Assembly (NCBI RefSeq): GCF_006345805.1
Contig: NC_043007.1
Coordinates: 66,774,001 to 66,838,000 of the forward strand
DNA: 64,000 bases
Direction of reading: 5' to 3'
Source of the DNA: Octopus sinensis
Taxonomy: Eukaryota
In this document: one piece after another, positions 1-13,425 of the stretch
Layout: the number at the start of each line of letters is the position of its first letter
Numbering within the stretch: the first letter of the stretch is position 1
Position numbers and translations under genes: made by a program
The notes under the pieces: model-generated
What the model saw: the letters and a program-made list of their open reading frames with translations, nothing else
What the model was told of the DNA's origin: nothing
Databases searched by the model: none

Positions 1-68
1 TATTATTATTTGTGCGCCGGTAGTAAAATGTGTGCGCCAGCACAGACGCATAACTTCAGGGAACACTG
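1..68. mobile_element. Probable end of a hAT-like element, cut by the window edge
   Basis: Terminates in AGGGAACACTG (CAGTG-type TIR) with TGTGCGCC subterminal repeats; the other end is outside the window. Confidence 0.35.
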
Positions 69-127
69 CCTCAATAGGAAATTCGGTATGATGAAATTGT
101 TTCACATTCACAAAAGGGAACACACAT

Positions 128-475
128 ACCTTGGACAATTGTCTTCCACTACAGCCCCGGGCCGACCAAAGCTTTGCGAGTAGATTTAATAGCCGGAAAC
201 TGAAAGAAGCCCGTCGCATATATACATATATGTGTGTGTGTGTATGTTTGTGTGTGTGTGTGCGTTTGTGTGTGCGTGTGTGTGTGTTTGTCTGTGTGTG
301 TCTGTATTCGGATCCACGAGCGCTTGACAGCCAATGTTGGTTTGTTTACGTCACGATAATGAAGCGGTTCGGCAAAAGAGACTGATAGAATAAGTAACAG
401 ATTTGAAAGGAAAAAAATAAGTACTGTGGCTGATTCATTCGACTAAAAATTCTTCAAAGCGCTGCCCCAGGCTGG
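128..475 (+). mobile_element. SINE family B, 5'-truncated
   Basis: Homologous to 46067-46542. Confidence 0.8.
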
Positions 476-561
476 TTGTATATACATTTTCGGCAACACA
501 TCCAACTCAACCATCCATGTGTCTGTTTCTCGAATAATCTCTTGAATTAAGTGGCACACAA

Positions 562-965
562 TATGGTGATAAATTATATTGCTTCCCAATCACTTGGTTC
601 CGAGTTCAGTCCCACTACATGGGCAAATGTCTTCTACTGTAGCCTCGGGCAGACGAAAGCCTTGTGAGTGGATTTGTTAGACGAAAACTGAAATAAGCCT
701 GTCGTGTATGTATATGTGCGTGTGTGTGTGCGTGTGTGTGTATTGTATGTATGTATTTGTGTATTTGTGTTTGTCCCTCACCACCGCCATCGCTTGATAA
801 CCGATGTCGGTGTGTTTACATCCCAGTAACTTACCGGTTCGGCAAAAAGATCCCGATAGAGTAAGTACTAAGCTTACGGAGAATAAGTCCTGGGTCGATT
901 TGTTCGACTAATGGCGGTGGGCCAGCTTGGCTGCAGTCAAATGACTGAAAGAAGTAAAAGAAAAA
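562..965 (+). mobile_element. SINE family B
   Basis: GAGTTCAGTCCCACT B-box, same body and tail as 46067-46542. Confidence 0.8.
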
Positions 966-967
966 GA

Positions 968-1011
<44 letters not shown>

Positions 1012-1130
1012 CACACATGCCACACATGCAGCATAACATTATATACATAGATCCACAAATATTTATATGCATATATATATTTATATATATATACACACAC
1101 ACAGCTCCTTCATATATATATGTGTGTATG

Positions 1131-1163
<33 letters not shown>

Positions 1164-2164
1164 CACATATATATATATATATATATATATTAATGTATAA
1201 ATATGTATGCATACATATATATAGAGATACAATATTATATATATAAACATACATGTATACATAAATATATATGTATGTGTGTGTGTGTTTGTATATATAT
1301 ATGTGTGTATACATATATGTACAAACATTGGTTTATATGTCTATGTTTCTTTCCTTATGTGCATAAGTGTGTATGCGTATGCATCACTCTCATAAACGGG
1401 CCATCTTTATCACAAGCAATCGTTTATCCCCCCACCAACATAAGCCAACCAATTCAGACTCCTATAACTTATTACTTACACAACAGACAGCTAAGCTACA
1501 TTTACACAATAAATTCTCTCACAATATGTCCCTATACAATCTTGCCTCACATTCCCTTAACCAGCCCTAAATATAGCATCATGGTATTTATAAATGCCTT
1601 TTATCTTTACATTTCCAAAAATGCTGATTCCATCAACTTCATTTATTACACACTCACAGATGCACTCCCAACCCATAACATCTGCACTTTTCAACTTCCT
1701 ATTGTGATAATTATTATATATATATATTTATATATATATACCTTGATTCCCTTTTCATCATGGTCTTTCTTTTTGTTTTTATGTAACTTTTATTGAATTC
1801 CAAATTCCAAGCTAGTTTCTATTGTTTTTAAATTGTGTGTGGCCATACCACAGCTTATGAAGCGGAACTTCGTAACTTGGATAGTAACTCCCTCAAAAGC
1901 ATATTATTTGAATATCTATCTATCTTTCTATCTAACAGTTTATCTATCTATCTGTCTATCTATCTATCTGTCTGTCTCTCTGTCAGTCTGCCTGCCTGCC
2001 TGTCTGCCTGTCTATATATATATAATACAAGCATACGGTCATTTATACAGGCGCACATATATACATGCAAGATTCACACGAGCTCATCACATCACATGCA
2101 CACACGCACACATACACACATTCACTCATGCTGATATAATGAGCGCCATACATATAGATTTCAA

Positions 2165-2522
2165 AATTTATCACAAGGCCAGTAGTTTGGAGACAGGAGC
2201 CAAGTCGATTAAATCGACCTCAGTGTTTAAATATTAGGTTGTCCCAAAAGTTCGTAAACACTTGCAAAAATTGAATTTTTACTCGCCAAGTACTAACAAA
2301 AACAACAAAAATTATTCCTCAAAATAAAGACCATTAATTTCCAAGACTTTCTACGAACTTTTGGGACAACCTTATAGTACTATTTTTTATCGTCTACGAA
2401 AGGATGAAAGTATGTAAAGCAAAGTTGATTTCGGCGGAATTTGAACTCAAAACGTACAGGAGGACGAAATGCCGCAAAGCACTTTGCCCTACGTGCTAAC
2501 AACTCTGCCTTCTCACCACCTT
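2165..2522 (-). mobile_element. tRNA-derived SINE (family A, MetaSINE-like core), split by a MITE
   Basis: GAAAGGATGAAAG..TCGGCGGAATTTGAACTCA..GACGAAATGCCGC is the reverse complement of the family A head. Confidence 0.75.
2234..2374. mobile_element. 141-bp Tc1/mariner-type MITE nested in a SINE
   Basis: TIR AGGTTGTCCCAAAAGTTCGTA / TACGAACTTTTGGGACAACCT with TA on both sides; interrupts the minus-strand SINE at 2165-2522. Confidence 0.85.
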
Positions 2523-2705
2523 AATGAGTGTCATACATATAAAAGCGAGAATTAAAGAGACACAGAGACGTAAACACGTACACTTCGATCACATTGTTTA
2601 CATAGACGTATTCGTATACGAAACATCATGTTTTTTGGTGCTGGCTCTAATTTCAATAGAAAATTTGTTGAGATAACCTTAAAAGCACTTTCATTATATA
2701 TCTCC

Positions 2706-2897
2706 CAGCGAGCTGGCAGAATTGTTAGCACTCCAGGCAAAATGCTTAGCGGCATTTAGTCCGTCTTTACATTCTGAGTTCAAATTCTGCCGAGGTCGAC
2801 TTTGCCTTTCATCCTTTCGGGGTCGATGAAATAAATACTAGTTATACACTGGGATCGATGTAATCGGTTAGCTCTCTCCCACAAAATTTCAGGTTAC
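2706..2897 (+). mobile_element. SINE family A
   Basis: GCGAGCTGGCAGAA..GAGTTCAAATTC (B-box)..GCCTTTCATCCTTTCGGGGTCGAT.AAAT (Meta-domain-like core). Confidence 0.85.
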
Positions 2898-3685
2898 ATA
2901 TCTCCCTGTTCTTTACTGCTCTTTCTTCTGTAAAGTTTAAAATAATGTAATTTTATGTAAGAAACCTGACTACATCGTTCTGAAGAAATCTAGCGAGATC
3001 AAACCAGACTATGTCTTGAGAGAAGTAACAGCTAAGATGGAAACGTCCCTTGCGCCATCATTGAATTGTAAACGATAATACCTTTATACTGAAGAAATAC
3101 TCTCATTATATACCTCCCTGTATTTCATTCTTGTTCTGTTAAGTTGACAATAATTTGAAGTAATAGATCTTGACGGCTTTGCACTGAAGAAATCCATTAA
3201 GATTGAAATCGCTACACACGAATGTTAAGAACTCTGATTAAAAGAAAAATTAAAGGAAAGAAAATTAAGTGAAATAAATGCATGAAGTATCTTTATTGTT
3301 TTCACTAACGGAAGGGGGTAAAAGGATTTGGACAGAAAGTCTCTCCCTCGCCATAGAGACAAACAACAGCATAACTGAGAAACAGATTTATATGAGATTG
3401 AGAAAAAAGAAAAGAAACGGGGAGATACTACACCGCATACTCCATTACAGTCAGTTTTTGAATACGAAAGAGTTTTGTGGAAAAAGTCGTACAAATGAAG
3501 ACGAAAATAAAGAACAATATTTAAGTTTAATTTTTGAAAAAGTAGGTTTTCATAATGATGATGTGATAATATCTGTTTTCATAACTGGCAGATTTTTGTT
3601 GTATAAAGACCTTTTTAAGCTACTCAACTGATGTTTTTAGTATAAAAAAATATGCAACACTTTATATGAGGTACTGATATATAAA

Positions 3686-3860
3686 GACTGTGTGGTGAAA
3701 AGTTTGCTTCCCAACCACATGGTTTCAAATTCAGTCCCACTTCGTCGCACATTGGGCAAGTGTCTTCTATTAAAGCCTAGAATAGACCAAAGCCTTTGTG
3801 AGTGGATTTGGTAGACGGAAACTGACAGAAGCCAGTTGTGTGTTGTGTGTGTGTGTGTGT
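3686..3860 (+). mobile_element. SINE family B, 5' half
   Basis: CTGTGTGGT..CCCAACCACATGGTT..TTCAGTCCCACT..GACCAAAGCCTT. Confidence 0.75.
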
Positions 3861-4065
3861 GTTCTTCAAGCTTCTCTATTTTTCACATAAATAATTCCCA
3901 AATATTTTAATTCTAATTAAATCTTCCAAATATAGTATTCTTGGAATATTTTAAAACACACACACACACACACACACATACGTATATACATATATATATG
4001 TGTATAAGTGTGTGGGTGTTGATATATGTATAATATATATTATATATATATATATATTACTATTT

Positions 4066-4067
<2 letters not shown>

Positions 4068-4096
<29 letters not shown>

Positions 4097-4240
4097 AAGA
4101 AGAAGAAGAAGAAGAAGAAGAAGAAGAAGAAGAAGAAGAAGAGAAGAAGAAGAAGAAGAAGAGAAGAAGAAGAAGAAGAAGAAGAAAGAAGAAGAGAAGA
4201 AGAAAGAAGAAGAAGAAGAAGAGAAGAAGAAGAAGAAGAA
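4068..4240 (+). repeat. (GAA)n microsatellite
   Basis: Direct reading. Confidence 0.95.
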
Positions 4241-4242
4241 AT

Positions 4243-4462
4243 TATAGTAAATGTACAAACAGAAAAAAGTAAAAGAACGAATAATGAGTGCACAGACGAA
4301 CGGAAAAACATATAATTATTGCACAAACGGACGGAAAACGTACATAGAATTATGGACATTCTATGTACGTTTTCCGTTATATATGTTTTCAATATATGTT
4401 TTTCAGTTCGTCTGTGCATTCATTATACGTTTTTTTTTCTTTCGGCTTGTGTATTTACTATA
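4243..4462. mobile_element. ~220-bp foldback MITE-like palindrome
   Basis: TATAGTAAAT..ATAATGAGTGCACAGACGAACGGAAAAACATATA pairs with TATATGTTTTTCAGTTCGTCTGTGCATTCATTAT..ATTTACTATA; inner arms ACGGAAAACGTACATAGAAT / ATTCTATGTACGTTTTCCGT. Confidence 0.75.
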
Positions 4463-4513
4463 CATTTTTTCCCTTATTAAGTAACAGAATGCAACGCATC
4501 CTGGTTTTTATTA

Positions 4514-4905
4514 AATGCTTAGCGGCATTTCGCCCGTCTTTCCGTTCTGAGTTCAAATTTTGCCGAGGTCGACTTTGCCTTTCATCCTTTCGCGGTCGAT
4601 AAAATAAGTACCAGTTGTTCACTAGGGTTGATTTAAGTGAATTACCCTCTGTTCCCAAACTGCTGGCCTTGCACCAAAATTTGAAAGCATTATTAAGGCA
4701 ACGAGCTGGCAAAATCGTTAGCACGCCGGAGAAAATGCTTAGCGGCATTTCGTCCGTCGGTACGTCCTAACTTCAAATAGGCGATCGATTTTGAAGCTCA
4801 TCCTTTCGGGGTCTATAAAGTAAGTACCGGTCATGTACTGGGGTCGCTGTAATCAACACGTTCCTTCACCCCCAAATTTCAGGCCTTGTACCTATAATAG
4901 AATTA
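4514..4905 (+). mobile_element. Two tandem SINE family A copies (4514-4690 and 4696-4905)
   Basis: Two successive AAATGCTTAGCGGCATTTCG..TCATCCTTTCG.GGTC..TAAGTACC units. Confidence 0.8.
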
Positions 4906-5089
4906 TTATTTTCAACCTCCCACTCTTTCTTTTTCTTTCGAATTTTATTATGCAGCCCCATTACACAACCACCCTCACATACACAAAGTGTACCCTACTC
5001 TTGTAATGTACCTCTCATTTGATTCCCTGGAGCAAATAATAAAAATTATCACCTCTATCCGCCACCCCCTCTTCTTCTTCCTTCTCCTC

Positions 5090-5153
5090 CTCTTCATCAT
5101 CATCATCATCACCAACACCATCATTATCATCATCATCATCGTCATCATCATCG

Positions 5154-5185
<32 letters not shown>

Positions 5186-6535
5186 GTTATCGTCGTCATC
5201 ATCATCATCATTATCATCATCATCCCGTATCCGCGTCTCCTTCCTACTCCTACTCCTACTCCTGCTCCTCCTCCTCATCATCATCATCCTCGTCGTCGTC
5301 ATTATCATCATCATCATCATCATCATCATCCTTCCATTCATCATCATCCTCGCTATCATCTTCAGCATCATCATCATCATCATCATCATCTTCATCTTCA
5401 TCCTTATCCCCCTCTCCCTTCTCATCCTCATCATCATCCTTATCATCATCACCATCTTCATCATCCTCATCATCCTCATGATGATGATGATCATGATCAT
5501 GATCATCATCATCATCAGCCTCCTCCTCCTCATCATCATCATTATCGTCATCGTCATCGTCGTCGTCACCATCATTAGAGTCACCACTATGTCTTACTTC
5601 CACCGTTGTCACACACTAATTCACATACCAAGTCAAACAACCTCACTACCGTTAACTACTATCACCAATACTCATACAAGTTAACGGTAACAATTCCGTC
5701 TGTACATCCCTGCCATTACCAATGCTCTTTTTACTACCATCACAAATACTGTTACCACCATCGCCACCAATACCCCTGTACCAGTACCACTACTGCTACC
5801 ACTACCACCACCACCACGACCATCACCATCATCATCATCAACCTGCATCACTATAAAACACTACCATCAACAATACTATTATTACTGCATTTACCACCAC
5901 CACTACCACCTTCACCACCATCATCACTACCAGCACTAGTATTAATAATGTCATAATTACTACAATCACTACTACCACCACCACCACCCTCCACTACCAT
6001 CACAACCTTCCACTACCATCACCCCCTCCACCACCATCACCACCTTCAACTACCATCACAACCTTCCACCATTACCACCTTCCACCACCATCACCACCAC
6101 CATCACCACCACCACCATCACCACCTTCCACTACCATCACAACCTTCCACCATTACCACCTCCACTACCATCACCACCACCTACCACCACCACCATCACC
6201 ACCTTCCACTACCATCACAACCTTCCACCATTACCATCTTCCACCACCATCACCACCACCATCACCACCATCACCACCACCACCACCATCATTACCAAAG
6301 TTACTAATGTTATTACTAACGGCACCACCTCAATCACAGCTTCTCCCCACCGCCATCACCACCGCCATCACCACCGTCACAATCAGTTACCATCTCCACC
6401 ACCATCACCACACCAAAGTCACCAAATGTCGCCATTACTAACTGCACCACCTCAGTCACTATTTCCCGCCATCACAATCACTGCTCCCGCCACCATCACC
6501 ACCACCACCACCACCACCACTACTATTACCACTAT
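5090..6535 (+). repeat. (CAT)n then (CAC/ACC)n low-complexity tract with higher-order units such as CCACTACCATCACAACCTTCCACCATTACC
   Basis: Direct reading; source of spurious His/Ile/Met/Asp-rich ORFs. Confidence 0.9.
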
Positions 6536-6731
6536 CCATGAAGCAAGGGTTTTAAACATCCCTAATTAAATATGATTCCTTAGGACTGCGAAGGGACGAC
6601 GCATTTAAGCTGCCGTGTGTGTGTGTTGCTGTGTCTCTTTTATGTGTATGCACGAACCAGAGCCTGTCTTCGTGCATGTGTGTGTGTGTGTGTGTGTCTG
6701 TGTCTGTGTGTCTGTGTGTGTATCTGTGTGT

Positions 6732-6831
6732 NNNNNNNNNNNNNNNNNNNNNNNNNNNNNNNNNNNNNNNNNNNNNNNNNNNNNNNNNNNNNNNNNNNNN
6801 NNNNNNNNNNNNNNNNNNNNNNNNNNNNNNN
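6732..6831. other. Assembly gap (100 N)
   Basis: Run of n. Confidence 1.
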
Positions 6832-7531
6832 GGGGTATGGCGGCCGACGTATAAAATGTCGCGTGTTTGTGTCGCCTAGCCAGAACTCGTGCAAGATTTT
6901 TTCAAACAAGCTGCTTGCAAAAAAGAACAAAAACAAAAACAGAAAAACGACAACACCAACGCACATGCATACATAAATACATACTCACAAACGGGCATTT
7001 ACAATACCATTGCGGCGACATACTGTTGTCTGTGTGTATATCATTTTTTCATTTTTTTTTTTTTTGCAATATTTTCTTTATAATAACTGAGTTTCATATC
7101 ACAATCACCATTTATTTTGTCCCTCCAGCAGCATCCTGCCTTCTCCCGTAAGCCAACCTTGAAATTATTGATATTGTGTCGCGATTGATAATACATACAT
7201 ACATACATATATATATATATACATATATATATGCATGTATGTATGTAAAGTGGGTATGAATGTATGTATGAATGTCCATATCGTAAACCTTTAATATTGC
7301 ACTTAATTTATTTACAATTGTTTATGTGCGTCTAATGCATAACTATACATGCATACATACATACTTACATACTTACATACATGCATGCATGCATGCATGC
7401 ATACACACACACATACATACATACATACATACCTACATACATACATAAGTTTGTCTACGGATATCTATACACATACATATTTTATACATACATACCGATG
7501 TATACTTAAGAGAATTATACACATACACACT

Positions 7532-7567
<36 letters not shown>

Positions 7568-8242
7568 AAACAAGCAAGTTTTCATCACAATTGGATAACA
7601 TCACGGAATATAACAAACGAAAACAAATTATGAGAAATATATGAGGAAAATTGTAACAAAAAAAAGCCTATAAAACGCACAAAAAATTAATGGATAAGAT
7701 ACACGACAATCAAAGGAGCGCCTATATGGTCGTTGGACTTGCAAAAAATAGTAGCTAAATCTCCCTCTGTTCACAAGTCCTCTAAAAGTAGAAGGACTCA
7801 TTTGGATATTGTAGCCGTACTTGAGAAAAGAAACAAAATGAAGACGGGATGGCTACGGTTGGAAAGCCTTTGTGTATACGTTTGCTCATCGCTGAGCTAA
7901 CCTGGAGGAAGTTAAACAACAAATGATATCGACTTCAACACAAACAACAACGGATATGAAGAAGAAAGATAATGAGAAAAGAATGAAAACAAAATGGAAG
8001 TCATACGGATGAAATTGCTAAGGACTACGTATGGATGAAAATTCAGTAAACAACTTCAGCAGCAGCACCAGCAGCAGCAACAACAACAACAACAATCCGC
8101 GCACGAGGGACTTTACATAACTTCACTATGCATGCCTGGCGTGTCTGTGTGTACATATATATATATATATATGTATATATATATGTTCTTGTCCTAGTTT
8201 GTATTTTTCTACATATAATATATATATACATATGTATATATG

Positions 8243-8285
<43 letters not shown>

Positions 8286-8540
8286 GTAAATACATATGTA
8301 TATATGTGTATATCTATATATATATAATATGTATATATGATAACATAATATATATATGTATATGTATACATATATACATATATACAAATATATATATGTA
8401 TTATGTATATATATATGTAATATATATATGTATATATATATGTATATATATATGTATATATATATGTATATATATATATGTATATATGTATGTATATATA
8501 TATACATATACAACATATATACACATATATATATACTTAT

Positions 8541-8578
<38 letters not shown>

Positions 8579-10128
8579 ACATAATATAACACACACACAC
8601 ATATACATGTGTGTGTGTATGTGTGGTATGTAGCAGTGTGTGTGTGTGTGTGTTGTGTCTGTGTGTAATTACGCTGTTAGCTCTACCCACTCTACTATTA
8701 CTACTTCGACCACTACTCACTCCATCTTAGCCAGTTCGCTCATTTTCATTTTCATTTTCATTTTCGCTTTCACCTAACATATCTCGACTGTTTACTTTGA
8801 GCGCATTCTTTTTCCTCACTCAATCACACTCACTCGCTCTCTCACTGTTTACTACTGACAACAACATCGACTACTACGACTGCTACTATCAACACCGCCT
8901 TTATTCCAACTTTTAAGTTATGTGTGTGTGTGTGTAAGTGGTTTGTGCGTATAATGTTTAAGCATGTATGTTTGTGCGTACGTGGGAATCTGTGACTATT
9001 TGCATACGCTAATATTTACGTTTGCACATATATATTCATACATATATAATTATATATATTTGTGTGTGTGTGTAAGCGTGTGTGTATGTGTAGTACCCGG
9101 GGCAACACTGATTGCTATCGACCAAGAGACCTATGACTAACGACTCTCCAATCATGACCACGCCATCGTTTAATCAGATATACACTCAATGTGTCCCTTA
9201 ACTTTTTATAAGACGTAGGTAGGGCGTATTACATATTGATTATATGTATGTACACGCTTGTGTTTACGTGCTTAGGTGGGTGTTTGTGTGTGTGTGTGTG
9301 TATTGTAATGTTTGTGTGTGTATGAATGTACATGTCCGTGCGTGCGTGTTTTCTTTTATTTATTTATTCTATTTTTCGTTGCGTGAGACTTTTGAATTCT
9401 AATTTAAGTTTTCTTATACTTTGCGGTTCTTGTTTATTCCTCTCGTTGTTGTTGTTGTTGTTGTTGTTGTTGCAGCAGCTGCTGTTGTTCCGTAGAGGGC
9501 CAAATGGACCGATATACAAAAGCATTCCAACCGTAACCACCCCGTTCTCCGTTTTTTTTTTTGTTTTTTTTTTGTTTAACAACAATATCCAATATTTATG
9601 TCCCATTTTTTGTTGTTCTTGTTTAGACGGTAAGTAGTGTTGTGATTGGAGGAAGATTTGACTACTGTTTTTAGCACATCAAGAGATCAATGTCAAGGCT
9701 CATTCGTTCATTGTTGATTCATAATATTTTCCGGTCAATCCAACAATTTATCTTTCATCATTTCATTTTTTTTTATATTTCTCTTTCACTTTCTTCCTTC
9801 TTTTTCCTTCATTCTTCTTTCCTTCCGTTTCCTTGCTTTGCTCTTAAATTTTCAATGTCTTTGTTATTGATGTTATTAGTGTTTATTAATTTCCTTTTCC
9901 GGTTCATTCGTCCCATCCTTTAGTTCATTTTAACTATTGATTGATATTTTGCGAGCTGCGATACCCGGCCTCTCACCATGGTATTTAGCAAGTGTCAGCC
10001 TACGCAAAACATTTCTGCAACGTAGGTGCACGTATAACTGTGATTTAAAGCATCGAACATAAATACATATATGCATACATACACCCATATATATATACAC
10101 ATACATAAATATATACACGCATACATAT

Positions 10129-10163
<35 letters not shown>

Positions 10164-10253
10164 GCATTCATATATACATATAAACACATACATATATGTG
10201 TGTGAGTGTACATATATGCATACATGCATTCATATAAATATGCATACGCACAC

Positions 10254-10300
<47 letters not shown>

Positions 10301-10816
10301 AAAATAAAATACAAAATGGGACAAGAACGCAAAACATCCAGACCACACATATATATTTACATACATATTGGCATGCGTACATTCATACATACAAAAATAC
10401 ATATACACTCATACAAGCATATATACACATGTATTTTCAAACATTAAAATTTTATCGGGACCGGCCGAATTGATAAAAAATTCAATATTTGATTTGTTTC
10501 CTTTTTTTTACTGGGTTCAGATCACGCCATGTTTGACTTTGTCATCCATCTGAGGGTAACAGGGTGGTTTCGGTGAAATAAATACCGATTAAGTACTAGG
10601 GACCGGGGAGGTGTAAGTGTGATGAAATACCGGCTGTTCCTTTCCTTGCCTAATGTGTGTTGATGTGTGTGTACGCACGCGCGTGCGTGTGTATGCCTCC
10701 TTGTGTCTCTGTTAGAAATCAGATTTCCTTTCCCTGAAGGCATGTCAAGACAAATCCAATCGTTTCGAAATTCCTACTACATAGTCCCACGTTAAAGTAA
10801 AATAGACAACATAAAT

Positions 10817-10857
<41 letters not shown>

Positions 10858-11004
10858 TGTATATATGTGTATATATGTATTATATATATATATTAATAAA
10901 AAATTTTTTTTAATTATTAATAAATAAAATGGGGAAGGTACATATTCCTAGTGTCCCAAATACAACAACCAGAGCAATAATGATAATTATGATTCTGTCA
11001 ACTT

Positions 11005-11222
11005 TTGGCACAAAGCCAGCAATTTTGGTGAAGGAATTAGTTGATGCCATCGACTCTAGTGTTTGACTGGAACTTTACTTTTATCATTCCCCTGGGGGTG
11101 GAAATTGAAAAGGAAAGCTGACATCAGCGGGATTTGAATTCAGGTTAAGAGTCGGGACAATTAGTGCAAAACACATTCTTTCCCGAACCCTCTGACGATT
11201 CTGCCAAATAACAGCAGCCACA
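11005..11222 (-). mobile_element. SINE family A, diverged
   Basis: GGCACAAAGCCAGCAATTTT..ATCGAC..GATTTGAA.TCAG..GATTCTGCCA. Confidence 0.6.
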
Positions 11223-11238
11223 GAACAAAAACAATAAC

Positions 11239-11309
<71 letters not shown>

Positions 11310-11392
11310 TAACAATAACAATAACAATAACAATAATAATAACAATAACAATAGCAATAATAATAGCAATAACAATAATAATAATAATAATA

Positions 11393-11431
<39 letters not shown>

Positions 11432-11773
11432 TAATAATAATAATAAAGTGATGTCCTAATCAACTAGCGAAAAGATCGAACATGCCAAACAAATATAAAC
11501 ACGAATCAGATATATGTTCGCAATAACAACTACTACAATATCGACAACAGTAAAACCAACACAAACCGTAACAACGGCAACAATAACAAACATGGAGTTT
11601 TGTTTTTTTATGTGAAATAATGTATTGGAAGTGGCGTGGAATGTGATTGGTGAGATAGGGGGGAAGAGATATTTGTTCGGAGAAGATTAACACGGCAAAG
11701 AGGAAATAACATAACAATAACGGCACCAGCGACCAAATCGTGCCAATAGTTTTGAAATCAAAGTCTTTTTGAA

Positions 11774-11828
<55 letters not shown>

Positions 11829-11920
11829 GTTTTTTCCTTCTTTCTTCAAATTTTCTTCCGTTTCTCGCCGGGTGTTTTCCATACACCTAGGGCAGAGAAG
11901 CTCATTGTATGCATTCCCAG

Positions 11921-12018
<98 letters not shown>

Positions 12019-12036
12019 CATTACTATTATTATTAA

Positions 12037-12260
12037 GGGCGACGAGCTGGCAGAATCGCTGGCGTGCAGGACAAAATTGCTTGGCTGCATTTCTTTCTGT
12101 TCATCGTATTCTGTGTCTAAATCTTGCCGGAGTTTCAATTGCGTTTTTCATGCTCTTGGGGATCGATAAAGTAAAGCGCCATTCGAGTACTTTGGTTGTT
12201 GTAATCGATTACACTCCTACTGCAAAATTTCAGGCCTTTTAACCTATAGTAGAAAGGATT
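12037..12260 (+). mobile_element. SINE family A, diverged
   Basis: GGCGACGAGCTGGCAGAATCG..GATCGATAAAGTAA..AAATTTCAGGCCTT. Confidence 0.7.
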
Positions 12261-12757
12261 AATGATATTATTATTATTATTATCATCTTTGTTGTTGTTG
12301 TTGTTGCTGTTTTTGTTATCAATATTGCTATCACCATCATCATCATCATTATCATCATCATCATCATCATCATTACATACATACAAACATACCGATAGAT
12401 ACACACATACATCCACATAGAATTATACTGGCAGAACGATGGCATATCGAACACATGTCTCCGTTTGGTTCACACGCAAACACATCCATCCATTGGTATG
12501 CTTTGCTTTCAATGATAGAAGTTAGATGTCACGCTCTCGCTTTACACACACGCACTCACACTTGCAGCACGTACACACGCACTTACGAGCGTACATACAC
12601 CCGTGCATATATAATTGAAATTCTGATAATTCCACAGATGAAACCGCACTAAAACGTAGCTATATACTTTCTTTTCACTGGAGTTAAATATATTTTTTTA
12701 AAATTTGTATTGTGTGTACACGCGTGCGCATATTTGTAAGCCTATGTGCACATATGT

Positions 12758-12789
<32 letters not shown>

Positions 12790-13383
12790 ACACACACACA
12801 CACACACTCACACACACACACACACACAAACACTCATGTATGTGTTTACGAGTGTGTATATATAAGTATATATATATATGTGTGTGTGTGTAGATATGCG
12901 CGTATGTATGCACGCACAAATACTTACACACGTGTATATTCTCTGGGCATGTGTATATAGTATTTATTTATAGATACATTCAGCGAAGCATTCATTTGTA
13001 TGTACGTACATTCAGGCAAGAGTCTTATGTGCGCATGCCTGCACGCGTATAAACAAAATCCCGCGCTATGCAAGCATTACATATTTTCATGCTTTTTATA
13101 CGTGCGTACACACATGCGCGCCCGCACACACGTACACAAACACATTCACTCACACACACACACACACACGCATATACAGACACACGCGCGCATATACAGA
13201 CAGACACGCAAGCATGCATTCTCATACTCGCTCATTCACTTGCATATGTAGGCATGCACAGACACATATACATTGCAAACCGGCCAGGTATTCGTGTCGC
13301 CTGATATCGATCCCTTGCGACTGCATACACCGCCACACATCGCCGTCGTCATCATCTTCAGCATTATCATCCTCACCATCATC

Positions 13384-13425
<42 letters not shown>

